Assembly (NCBI GenBank): GCA_000388065.2
Contig: KB932206.1
Length of the DNA: 41,194 bases
Source: Fonticula alba ATCC 38817
Lineage: Eukaryota > Protista > Nucleariida
Strand: one strand, 5' to 3'
Below, piece by piece: positions 12,942-24,460 of this stretch. Each line of letters begins with the position of its first letter. Positions within the stretch are counted from its first letter, which is position 1. A program made the position numbers and the translations under genes. The notes under the pieces were generated by a model. It had not been told where the DNA came from. It was given only the letters and a program-made list of their open reading frames with translations, and did not search any database.

Positions 12942-13333
12942 GCTTTCGGAGCGTGGGGGGACGGGGGGGACCGGGGGGGGGGGGGGAGGGGGGAAGGCGC
13001 ACTGGGGGGGGGGGATTGGCAGCGAACCAAGCCCGTGTCGGCATCCCGGGCCCCTTCAAAGATCCGGGCTTTTTGGCTGTGACGCAGGGACAAGCGGCGG
13101 CGGCCGGGGATCGGGGGCCGGGGGGCGGCGTGTTTCGCGGGCCCTTCACGGCGGGCGCCAACTCAAAGGGGCAATAAAAGAGCGTCCAATAAAAAAAGGC
13201 CCCTTTTGATGTGCCCGCGCTGGCACGGTTGGCTGTTTTTTTTTTCTTCCCAGGCGCGTGAGAACCGCCCGGGGCGGCGGGCGGGAAGCCGAAAAAATAA
13301 ATGCCCCCGGGGCGGGACCTCCTACAAGCTTCG

Positions 13334-13404
13334 GCGTCGATGGTTTAGTGGTAGAATTGCCGCCTGCCACGCGGTAGACCCGGGTTCGATTCCCGGTCGA
13401 CGCA
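13334..13404 (+). tRNA. tRNA-Gly(GCC)
   Basis: 71 nt cloverleaf: acceptor GCGTCGA/TCGACGC, anticodon stem-loop GCCGC-CTGCCAC-GCGGT, T-loop GGTTCGATTCC, downstream T-runs as Pol III terminator. Confidence 0.97.
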
Positions 13405-15249
13405 AGCCCTCTCTTTTCCTTTTTGCCTGCCCTGGGGCCCGGGCGGGGGGGCATTGCCGCCGGTTGCGCGCCGTGCCCGCGCCAGGTCCGGGGCAGACCC
13501 GGGGGGGCCGCCGGCCCCGAGGCGTGGTGGGCGTGTGATGCGGATGTGGGGCGGTGTGCTGGCGGGGGCGGGCGGCGTGGGTGGCGTGGGCTCCCTCCGC
13601 CCGCACATGCGCCCGGAACGCCGGGGGCCAGGGGAACATGTGTGTGTGTCGTGCCGTGCGTTGTCGGTGGGGCCCGGCCGGGGGCCGTCGCGAGACGAGG
13701 GGCGGGGCCATGTGCCGGCGAGGCGTCCATCGCCCGGCGGAGAGGGGGCAGGGGGAGGAGGGCCCCGCATGTGCACCTGGGCCAGGGGGCGTGGGAGGTC
13801 CCTCGGTCGGCTGGCGGTGAGCGTGCCCAGGCGGCTCTGCCGGGGACGTGGCCGGCCCGCCGGGCCCTGGGAGGCGCGGCGCCTGGGGCCAAAGCCGATG
13901 GGCCTGCCCGCCGCGCGCGTGGGGGTGCCTTGTGCGGGCTGGCGGTGAGAGAGGGACCAGCCGCCGGCCCCTGCTGGGCCGGGGGACATGTGGCGAGGCG
14001 CTCGGTTATGGCTATGCCCCGGGCGATCGGCCGGCGGCTGCCCGGCAAGAGCCACCCCGGCAGCCCGGGAGGCGCTGCCACTCCGCGGCAGGCGGACGAG
14101 GGCGGGCCGCGAGCAGGGCGCCATCCGGGCAGGCGCGGCGGTGGCCTGCCCGCCATGCCGCCAGCCGTCGGGAATCGGCCCGAGCTTGAGCCAAGCACGG
14201 GGGCCGGGGTCGAGCCCGACTGTGCCGGTCCCCGGGGCAAGCGAGGGGCACCGGTGGAGGGAGGTCGGGCGAGCCGGCCAGCAGCAAGCCACGACAATGG
14301 CTGCCGCCGGCGCCGGCAGCCCCGGGCGAGGGCGGGGCGCTTCTTGATCGCGGGGCCCCCTCCGGCGGGCCGGCCAGTCCGGGGCCCGGCGCGCGTCCGC
14401 CAATCTCGATGTCCAGATTGTGGATCCAGCGAGTTGGCAGCACTGCCGGCTGGCGGGGCTCCCAGCGGGCGCCCGGTGCGATGTGCTTCCGGGCCCGCGC
14501 CCGGGGATGTGGCCCGAGCTGGGGGCGCGCGTGCGCGTGCCGGGGGCATGCCGCGGGATCGGCCGGCCTGCCGGAGGGGCTTGCGGCGCCGGGCACATGC
14601 CTCGGCGATCGTGCGTCGCCCTCGGCGGGTCCGGGGGAGCTGTCCATGGGGTGCCTCGGACAGGGCGGCCGCCCGGCAGGGCGCCTGGTGTGATCCGGCC
14701 GAGCAGGGCCCAGCGCTGGCGGCCCCGACGCGCGGGTGTCCGCCGCCCGTCGGACAGGACCAGCGCCCCCGGGTGCGGGACGAAGCGCCATCATCGGGCC
14801 GGGGGTGCTTGAGCGGCCTGCCCCGCCAACAGCAAACCCCCGGGCGGCCCGGACTTCCGCAGGGAGGCTGCCGGGTGCGCGTCGCCGGCGGCCGCTGGCC
14901 GGGCACGCCCCGAGAGCGGCCAGGGGGGGGCCCCCGGCGCAGGCATATGGCTTGGGCAGGCGGCCAGCGCGCGGCCGGGCGCCGCGCCCCTTGCCCTGGG
15001 GGGGGTGGGGCGCTCGCCGGCTCGGATCGGGCGGGGTTCCTGTCTCCCTCGTTCTGGGGGGCGGCGGGTCCCCTCGCCGCCGAAAAATAAATGGCCCAAC
15101 ACGAACCTGGCACTGCGCGGGTCGCCGTGCCCCCCCGAGTGGCCGAGGAGTCCCCGCTGAGAGATCGGATGGCCCTCTGCCCGCCTAGGTTGGGAGAACA
15201 CGCCTGCCGGTGGTGCGTTGTTCCCTGTGCGCCTGCAAAAAGAACATGG

Positions 15250-15328
15250 TGATTGGAGTGGGACTCGAACCCACGCGGTTTCCCACCAGTGCCTTAAACT
15301 GGCGCCTTAACCACTCGGCCATCCAACC
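15250..15328 (-). tRNA. tRNA-Leu(AAG), followed by genomic CCA (15247-15249)
   Basis: Reverse complement identical to 16364-16442; anticodon loop TTAAGGC, long variable arm, GGTTCGAGTCCC T-arm. Confidence 0.96.
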
Positions 15329-16363
15329 TGTTGATGGGAAGCGCCCCCGCGCGAGGGCATAAATCCAAGAACACCTCCGTGCGCGCGCGCGCGCTCCCGC
15401 GACCTTAGCTGGGCGCCCGGGCGTCGGGCCCTGCCGCCGGCGCGAGGGAGGAGGGGCCCACACTTCGGCGTGGCGGGGGTCGGCGCTTGGGCCTGTGGCG
15501 TCCCTCGTCGGCGGTGGTCCGCGAGGCGGGGGCCACCCGCGACAGGGCATGCCGCGCTCTGTCGGGCGGGCGGAAAGAGGCATGCCGGGGCTGTGTGCAC
15601 TTTCCGCGGCCTCGCCGGCGACCTGGCCCGGCATGGGGCGTGCCCTGGCGCCACGGGGCGCAATGCGCGCGGCTGCCGGAGCTCCGCCGGCCTTGGGTTC
15701 GGCGGATGTCGCAGTGCCGAGTGCGCCCGGCCGGGTGGGGGGCGATGATGGCCAGGCGCCGGGGGCCCGAGCGTCGGCACGCTCAGGGCGGCCGGGCAAG
15801 CGGGCCTGCCGCGGCTGCCGTCCCGCGGCCGGCCAGCCTGCTTGGTGGTGTCGCATCCGACCGCGACAGATGCGGGGAGATAGACAGCGGCAGAGAGAGA
15901 GGAAGAGGGCAAGAGAGAGAGAGACATTCTCACATGCATACACACGGCCAGGAGACCCGGAGGGGGGGGACGCGGCATGGGTTCGATCGAGGTCCACTGG
16001 AGCTGGGGGGGATGTGTCGCTGCAGCGGCTTCCCGGGGCCCGGGCGCCGCATTTGACTCCCTGGGGGGGAAGCCCCAACTCGGACGCGAGGCGCCAATCT
16101 CGGTGTGTGCGCGCGCGTGCACCCTGGCGCCGGACCGGCTACGGGCAGCACCTGCGGCCGCCATGCCCCGGGAGGGAGGCCAGGAGCAGCCGTTGCACCC
16201 GCCCGGAGGGACGGGAGCTGCGCCGGGCCGATGGCCGGCACGCCGCGCGGCCGGGCCATCTTCCGCGACCGGGGTGGGGGCATCTCGGCAGCGGGGGCAG
16301 GCGGCGCCCGTGGATCGGTGAGGTCGAACAAGTATGCGCTTGGGGGTGGGGAATCCATCAGCA

Positions 16364-16442
16364 GGTTGGATGGCCGAGTGGTTAAGGCGCCAGTTTAAGG
16401 CACTGGTGGGAAACCGCGTGGGTTCGAGTCCCACTCCAATCA
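16364..16442 (+). tRNA. tRNA-Leu(AAG), followed by genomic CCA (16443-16445)
   Basis: GGTTGGA..TCCAATC acceptor, A-box TGGCCGAGTGG, stem-loop CCAGT-TTAAGGC-ACTGG, then A, CCA, TGTTCTTTTT. Confidence 0.96.
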
Positions 16443-16865
16443 CCATGTTCTTTTTGCTTGCCCGCGCCCCGGGCGATTGTTCTGCCAGAAGGGCGAGGGA
16501 CCCGAGGGGGGGACACACGGCGGGGCGGGGACACACGGCGGGGCGGGGACACACGGCGGGGCGTGCCTCCTTGCGGGGGGCCGGAGCGTGGCCCGCCCCC
16601 CCGTCGTCTCATGCTCCCCCCCCGGTCCTGGGAGGGAGGATCTGTTGGGGGGATGCACGCGGGCGGGGGAGCGTCCGTCCGGCCGACCTGGGGCGGAGCG
16701 CCGCACCGGGTGCGCGGCGAACCGCGCACAGTGTTTGTGGTTTTTTAAATTCTGCCTCCACATGTGTGTGCGCGTGTGTGTGTTTCCGCCGCGCCCTGGG
16801 TCGCGCTCCGTCGGCCTGCCCCGCCGCCAGGCAAAAGGGCGCGGCCGCGCGCAAAAGAGGAGGCG

Positions 16866-16936
16866 TGCGTCGACCGGGAATCGAACCCGGGTCTACCGCG
16901 TGGCAGGCGGCAATTCTACCACTAAACCATCGACGC
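16866..16936 (-). tRNA. tRNA-Gly(GCC)
   Basis: Reverse complement identical to 13334-13404. Confidence 0.97.
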
Positions 16937-17520
16937 GATCGCTGGGAGGATGGCCCCGGGGTGGCCATAAGTCGTGGCAGCTGTTGGAAGCCCCCCGCCG
17001 CCCGGGCCAGATCCCGCCAGGCGGGGCCGGTCCACCCACCCACCCACACACACACACACACCAAGCCACAACAGAGGGCGGCCCCCCCCCCCCCCGGGTT
17101 GCCAGCNNNNNNNNNNNNNNNNNNNNNNNNNNNNNNNNNNNNNNNNNNNNNNNNNNNNNNNNNNNNNNNNNNNNNNNNNNNNNNNNNNNNNNNNNNNNNN
17201 NNNNNNNNNNNNNNNNNNNNNNNNNNNNNNNNNNNNNNNNNNNNNNNNNNNNNNNNNNNNNNNNNNNNNNNNNNNNNNNNNNNNNNNNNNNNNNNNNNNN
17301 NNNNNNNNNNNNNNNNNNNNNNNNNNNNNNNNNNNNNNNNNNNNNNNNNNNNNNNNNNNNNNNNNNNNNNNNNNNNNNNNNNNNNNNNNNNNNNNNNNNN
17401 NNNNNNNNNNNNNNNNNNNNNNNNNNNNNNNNNNNNNNNNNNNNNNNNNNNNNNNNNNNNNNNNNNNNNNNNNNNNNNNNNNNNNNNNNNNNNNNNNNNN
17501 NNNNNCCCCGCCCCTGGCAG

Positions 17521-19884
17521 TGCTCTTCCCCGAGGGCGGCGGCCAGCCGGCCGACCGGGGCACCGTGCGTCGCCGCTGCCCCGGCCTGCCGGGGCTTCTT
17601 CTTCTTGCTCTTCGGCTGCTCGCCCCTCGCCCGCCCCGCTGACCGCTTCCCCGGCTCGCCCGGCCCCCCCCCCTCCCTCCATGGCGATCTGCGCCCAGAT
17701 CGCCGGCATCCCCGTCATGGATGTCCAGCGCCATGACGGCCTGTGCGTGCACTACCTCGCGACGGTCCCCCCGCCGGCTGGCATGACGGTCGAGGTGGCG
17801 CTCGACTGGGAGCACCGCTGGGACGTCATGCAGCAGCACTCCGGCCAGCACCTGTTCTCGGCCACGGCCCTGGCCACCTTCGGCTGGCGCACCTACCGGT
17901 GGGACTACCGGCCGGACATCTGCTCGGTCGAGCTGGTCACCGAGTCGGTGCGTCGGCGCGCCCAGCCGCGCCGGGCCGGCCTCTTGCGTCTGCTTTTCCT
18001 TCTGTTCCCCGCCCTCGCCCCGCGCCCTCCTGCCACGTCCTCACCCACGCCCCCCTCCCCTCCCCCGGCAGGCCATCGTCACCGAGGATGTGCTGGCGCA
18101 GCTGGAGCGCGCGGTCAACGCGGCCATCGGCCGCGCTCACCCGGTGGCCGCGCGCATCCACAACCCCGAGGACGACGCCGGCCCCACCCGCGTCACCTCC
18201 AAGCAGTCCCTCTTCAATGCGTCGCTGTGAGTTTGCCCCCCTTTTTGTCGCCCCCCCCCTCCCCCCCTGCCGCCGGCTGCCTGCGCACGCACGCACGCAC
18301 GCACAACCTGACAGCCATACGCCCGCTGCCCATCCGGCCGTGGCCTCCGCTGTGGTAGCGGCCCGACCCCGCCGGTTCGCATCATCGAGATCGACACGGC
18401 CGACAGCTGCACCTGCTGCGGCACCCATGTGTCCAACACCTCCGAGCTGCAGGTGCGCTTGGTGCTTTTGCCCCGAGGGTTTCCCCGTGCTTTCTTTTTT
18501 TCTTCCTTCCTCCGGCTTGCCCCGCTCCTGCCCCGCTGCCGGTCGCCGGTCGCGCGGGCCTTGCCCGGGCCGCCCCCCCCCCCCTGGCTGGCATGCGCTC
18601 ACCGCCACTCGCCCGGCCTGGCGCCGCGTAGCTCTTCAAGATCCTGCCCACGGTGACCACGCGCCGGCGCAGCGGCCTCCCCACCACCACCATCAGCTTC
18701 CTGGCCGGCGGGCGCATCCTCGGCTTCATGAGCCACCTGCTGCAGGTGGACCAGGCGGTCGGGGCGCTGCTGTCCTGCTCGCGACCCGAGTACGCCCAGA
18801 TGATCGAGTACAACAAGACCCGGCTGAATGACGCGCGCGCCCTGTCCAGCTCGCTGCTGTCGCACACCTGCGGCTTCCTCCACACCACCATGCGCACCTC
18901 TTCGGCGGACGGTGCGTGTGCCCGGGCCGCGGCATCCATCCTCTCCTGGCCCACTTGCCTGCCTGCCTGCTGGCTGACTGGTTGGCCCGTGCCGCCCTGC
19001 TCGACTCCCCCTGTGGCGCCGCTTCGCGCGCGCGCGCGCGTGCATTTGCCCCCTGGCTGTCCTGTGGTCTCTTTTTTGTCGTCGTATCTCTCCTTTTCCT
19101 CCCTCTTCTCATCCTTTGTTCCTTCATCTCTCTCTTCTCATCTTTTGTTCCTTCATCCCTCCCTTCTCATCCTTTGTTCCTTCATCTCTCTCTTCTCATC
19201 CTTTGTTCCTTCATCTCTCCCTTCTCATCCTTTGTTCCTTCATCTCTCTCTTCTCATCTTTTGTTCCTTCTTTCATCCTTCCTTTTCCTCTCCTCTCGTC
19301 TCCTCTCCCCCCCCCCTCCCCCATTCGGCCCCGTCTCACCCCGGCCCATCCCATGCGCCGACACGCCCACGGCGAAAAAAACAGTCACCGTGTGGCGCGC
19401 ATTCGACGTGCCGATCGAGCAGCTCAAGACCATCGTCCTGAAGATCGCCCAGCTCCTGCAACAGTCGCATGCCGAGGCGCCGGCCGCACGGCCGGCGCGC
19501 CAGCTCCTGGCCGTGTCCTGTCCGGCCCCGGTCCCGGCCAAGGGCGGCAAGAAGGCCGCCGACCAGCAGCCGGCCCAGCCGCAGCAGACCCTGCCGTACC
19601 TGCTGCTGACGGTGGCCGGCGATGCGCCCGACGCCGAGGCGCTTGCCACCGCCGCCTCGGACGCCCTGGTCTCCGCGGTGCAGGGGCCCCTGCCGAACAC
19701 CTGCTATCGGATCGCCGTCCCGCCGGCGGCCGGCGGCGGGGGCCGCGGGCGTGGGGCCGCGGCGGCCGCCCCGGCCGCTGCGCCGCTCGCCTCGATTTGC
19801 TGCCAGGGGACCATCGCCTCGCAGGCCGAGCTGGATCATGTCCTCCAGGCCTGGGGTGCTTCGCGACAGCTCCACCTGTGCTGA
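17521..19884 (+). CDS. AARSD1: Alanyl-tRNA editing protein (AlaX/AARSD1-like), multi-exon; 5' end probably lies in the N-gap 17107-17506
   Basis: VLFPEGGGQPADRGT, then IAGIPVMDV, MQQHSGQHL (HxxxH) and IIEIDTADSCTCCGTHV (CxGxH Zn ligands); GT-AG introns restore the frame; stop at 19884. Confidence 0.88.
19100..19270. repeat. About 6 x 29-bp pyrimidine-rich tandem repeat (TTCTCATCCTTTGTTCCTTCATCTCTCTC) in an AARSD1 intron
   Basis: Visible directly. Confidence 0.9.
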
Positions 19885-20189
19885 TGCGCCGGCCGCAGGC
19901 CCCCTTGCATGGGGGCTCGCCCGCGCCTCGGCTGTCCTCTCCCCCGCGCCTGGCCCGGGAAAATACACGCTAGCATGGCCCTCCCCCCCCCCTCCCCTCG
20001 TCCCTTTGTCCACTTGTCCCCTCGTCCCCGGACACACGGAGTGCGCCCCGCCCCTGGGGCACCCACAGAGCATCTTTCGGCAGGCCGGCCGGCCCGGCTG
20101 CGTGTGTATCAGGGAAATGGGGGGGGGGGCGCGAATGGGCGGAAAGTGGGAGGAAGCCCCCCCGCCCGCGGGGGCGTGCACATCAACAA

Positions 20190-22713
20190 TCACTCCCACT
20201 CGATGGTGGCCGGGGGCTTGGGGCTCACATCGACCACAACCCTCCCGACGCCCGGGACCTCGGCCAGGATGCGCCGGGACACCTCATCCACCAGGTCATG
20301 CGGCAGGTCCACCGACACGGCGTCGATGTAATCCCCGGTCGACACGGCGCGCAGGACAACCACCCCGGCGTAGCGCCGGCGCCGGCTCTGGTGGTGGTCG
20401 CTGGCGGCGCCGCCCCGGGCCATGGTCACGCCGACGGCCCGGACCGAGGGCAGCAGCACGGCGAAGGCCTGGCCGATCTGCCGGCGCAGGCTGGCCGGGC
20501 GCCGGGGGTCCGCCAGGGCCGCCTGCAGGATGGCATCCGCGCGGCGCAGGCGCGCCAGGCGCCGGCGCGTCAGCGGCGCATTCACCACCCGGATGGCCAG
20601 CCCCGGGCCGGGGAAGGGCCGGCGCCAGACCGACGCCGCCGGCAGGCCCAGGCACAGGGCCCCCAGGCCGCGGACCTCATGCTTGAACAGCAGCCGCAGC
20701 GGCTCCAGCAGCTGCAGGGCCAGCCGCTCCGGCAGGCCGCCCACATTGTGGTGGGACTTGACCGACGGCGCGCCGCCGGCGCTGAGGCCCTCCTCCTCGT
20801 CGGAGGACGAGGCCGCCGAGTCGTACTCCTGCTCGGCCGGCTGCTCCGTCTCGGTGGTCGCCTGGCCGGGGGGGAGGGGCGCGGCTGCCGAGACGCTGCT
20901 GGCCGATGGGGCCGACTCGATGACATCCGTGTAGAGGGTCCCCTGCAGGAGGTATGCCGCCTCGGGGATGAGCTTGGACTGCTGCTCGAAGGTGTCGATG
21001 AAGGTGTGGCCGATGATCATGCGCTTCTTCTCGGGCGCGATGACCTGCACGGTGGGTGGGTGCAGGCCAGGGGGGGGGGTGCATTTGCAGGGCGTGGGCA
21101 GGGGTGTCAGCAGGGGGTTGGGTATCTGCCCTCGGGTCGAAGGGAGAGGATGCCCAGGAGGGGGGTGATAGAGGGAGGAGAGGAAAAGGAGAGGCGGAGA
21201 CACAGAGAGAGGCGGAGACACAGAGAAAGGCGGAGACACAGAGAGAGGCAGAGACACAGAGAGAGGCAGAGACACAGAGAGAGGCAGAGACACAGAGAGA
21301 GGCAGAGACACAAAGAGAGGCAGAGACACAAGGAGAGGCGGAGACACAGAGAGAGGCGGAGAGACGCACATTGTCCAGGGCCGACAGGAAAGTGTCGGAC
21401 GCATCGACCACACGGAGCTCCGCATCACCAAGCACCGACTTCAGCAGGCACGACGCCTCGGCCACCTCGTTCTGCCGCAGGCAGCCGTGGTCCACAAGAA
21501 TGGCGTGGAAGCTGGACCCCCGCCGGCGGGGCGGGGAGGAGGGAGAGAACGGAGCAAGTCAGCACACCGACCGAACAGGAGGCACCCCAGCAAAGCCCCA
21601 TCCCCCGCGGCCGCATGACAGCCAGCAAAAAGGCAGCAAGGACAACAGGGACAGCGGAGCAGGGGGACACACGCACCGCGACCCGAGGGACCGCGCAACC
21701 AGCGCCGCAGCCACCGAGCTGTCCACACCGCCGGAAACCGCGCCGATGACATGCTTCTCCGGGTGGATGGCCCCGGCGATGCTGGCGGACATGAGATCGA
21801 AGAAGCGCCCCGGGGTCCAGGCATCGGCCGCCCGGCGGTCCAGCCCGCAAAGCAACTCCCCGAAATTGATGGCCAGCACCTCGGCCCGGCTGGCGGACTC
21901 CCGGTCAAAGAGCCCGGCGAAGTTGTCCACATCGAAGCCGTACGGCCGCGGGGCCGACCGGTCAGCCACATCCGGCTCCGGCACGGTCCACGGCCCGTCC
22001 AGCGCGGCCACCGGCCACAGGGCGTCCATCGGCGGAAGCTCGGCGCAGGCGAGCACCGCCGCGCGGGATGACAGCGCAACATGCGACTGGGAGCCGACCG
22101 GCTGCCAGCCGGCCGGCAGGCCAGCCGCCTGGCGCAGGTTCCCCACCAGGTCCAGGCCACGGGCCAGGGCCTCGGGCTTGCAGGGGGCCGCCGCGCGCCC
22201 GGCCAGGGCCTCCTCAAGCTGGCCGGCGAGCTGCGGGGCAGGTGCGCACGGGGCATTGGCGCGAGCGGCGGCCGATTAGAGGCGACACAGAGGGAGGGGG
22301 GGGGGGAGGGCGGAGAAGGCACAAGGGCAGGAGCAATGGCCACGCACCTGGCACGCGCCGGTGCCAAGCAGCATCACCGGCAGGCCGAGGCCCGTGATGC
22401 AGGGAAGGTCCGCGGCCAGGGTGCTGAGGGTCTCGGTCCCGGGGCCGCCGTAGATGATGACCCCCGCCGGGCGGATGTCCAGCAGGCCCTGCACCCGGGG
22501 GTCGGCCTGGTCGAAGATGTCGGCCTCCAGGATGCCGGTCGACGCGCTCCGGCGCCACAGCCCGGCATACAGCCCGGCATTGCGCACCGACCGCACAAAG
22601 CGCATCACCGGGGGGAGGGCGTCCGAGCCGACGCCGGTGCCCAGGTCAACCACCGCCAGACCGCCCACCGAGGGGAGGGGCTGGCAGGGGGCGGCGCTCG
22701 ATTCCTGCGGCAT
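20190..22713 (-). CDS. GUA1: GMP synthase (GATase + ATP-pyrophosphatase + C-terminal dimerisation domain) with a degenerate GATase domain
   Basis: Motifs AVSGGVDSSVAA, VDHGCLR, PEKKRMIIG, LLQGTLYTDVIES, KSHHNVGGLP, PFPGPGLAIRV and C-terminal KPPATIEWE-stop; three GT-AG introns. Confidence 0.93.
21189..21363. repeat. About 10 x 18-bp minisatellite (GAGAGGCRGAGACACAGA) filling a GMP synthase intron
   Basis: Visible directly; the intron donor GTGCGT (minus, 21369-21364) lies immediately beside it. Confidence 0.92.
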
Positions 22714-23344
22714 GCTGTACGTTGGGGAGGGGGAGGGGGGGATGTAGGCTCCGTGGAGGGGAAGAGGAGGGCAGGGGATTGGGGGGGGGGGGGGGGGGGG
22801 GAGAGAGAGAGGAGGGGGGGCAGGGAGCTTTGGATGTTTTCGGATCGCGGGGGGAAGCCTCCCGACCCGCGGCGGCGGGCCCTTTTATAGCGCGCGCGCG
22901 CGCGGGCCGGGGCGCGGCGGCGGCGGCGGCGCATGGTTCGACGAGAGGCCTGCCCACCCTGCCTTGGCACGACTACCGTCCGTTCCTTGGCCGGGGAGGG
23001 GCGGACAGAGGCCCCCCACCCGACCAGGCATCAAACACCATAGACTCTTGAGCCTCATGGAGATCGGGCCGGGGCTGGCGCCAAAACACCGGCGGAGGCG
23101 CGACCGAGGCGGCCCCCCAGCCATCCAACGGAGGCGGGGCGCGCGACGGCATTGGACTGCACGGCCCCGCCGCCGTCCGACCCCGCACCCCCCAGCCAAC
23201 GGCGGGCATGCGGACCCGCCCGACCAGCGCCCAGCCCGTGGCAGACACCGACCGGCGGGCACCCCGACCGCGGGCGCCTCGGTCACGTGTGTGGATCGTG
23301 TGACTGGGGCTGACGGAGGGCGTTCGGCTGGCGGTGTGAGGTGC

Positions 23345-23388
<44 letters not shown>

Positions 23389-23550
23389 TGCTGCGGCCAG
23401 GGGCACCGGCGCCCTCCTCCTCTGGAGAGGGGATTGTGTGCGGCCTCCTCTTTCCTCGCGCACTGTGCCCGGCCCTCTGTCAGGGGGGCAGGAGCCCCGG
23501 GAGGAGGGACGAGGGGGGGGGAGACGCACTAGACGTGCGCCCGCACACGC

Positions 23551-23596
<46 letters not shown>

Positions 23597-23818
23597 CCGC
23601 GGGCGCAGGGTGTGCCACCCCCGCGTCCATACTTTGGGGCATGCGCAACCGGAAGGGAAAACAACCCTCGAGCACTTGGGCGACGGCCTCCAGCGGAAAA
23701 AAGAAACTGCCCGAGGAGGGGGGGCGCGCGTTCCCGAGGGCAGGGAAGAGGAGGGGAGGGGGATGGGGCGGAGGAAGGAATGGCCGGAGGGGGGCACGGG
23801 TGGCAAGCGTGCGCACAC

Positions 23819-24423
23819 CTACACGCGGAAGAGGGAGAACCCGCCGACGCGCAGGTCGGTCAGACCGCAGCACGAGCAGGTGACCGTCTCCCCGGGGTGC
23901 GGTGGGGTGGCCGGCGCGCGGTCAGTGGTCGGCCGGCGGCCGATCTCATACTCCAGGACCGACAGGAGGTCCGTGACCAGGGGCTGCCATTGGGCCGGCC
24001 GCAGAGAAGGCGACCGGGGGACGGGGGCCAAAGACCGGGGCGGTGTGGTCAGCGGGAGGCGCGAAACGGCACAGGGGGGGGGGGAGGGAGGGAGACAGCA
24101 AAAAAAGGGGAGGGGCCCGGAACCATGGCCCGGACGGCAGGGCGGCGCACCAGCTTGACCACCACATCCGACGAGGGGATGTCCACCTTGGGCCGGGCGC
24201 CGGTCGAGGAGGAGGCGCCGGCGGCGGCGGCGGAGGAGGAGGGCAGGTCCACGTCGCTGCCCTCCAGGTCGATGGACAGCGAGGGCGAGGCATTCACCTC
24301 CAGGATCCACGGGTGGTCGTTCTCGTCGAACATGATGTCGAACCCGAGGAGCTCATAGCACCGGCGCTTGGACCCGGCCCCGTCGGCACTGTTGAGCGAC
24401 GTGAGCCAGCACCAGGGGTCCGA

Positions 24424-24460
<37 letters not shown>

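Noticed and set aside
13405-15240. Protein-coding gene between tRNA-Gly and tRNA-Leu (e.g. frame 14012-14794 minus)
   Set aside because: No recognisable motif and no consistent splice pattern; cannot be supported from sequence alone
13334-19884. Functional clustering of tRNA genes with the AlaX tRNA-editing gene
   Set aside because: AlaX acts on mischarged tRNA-Ala, whereas the neighbours are Gly and Leu; eukaryotic adjacency alone is not evidence
19100-21363. 29-bp and 18-bp tandem arrays as CRISPR-like arrays
   Set aside because: Contiguous units with no unique spacers, inside eukaryotic introns, and no cas genes
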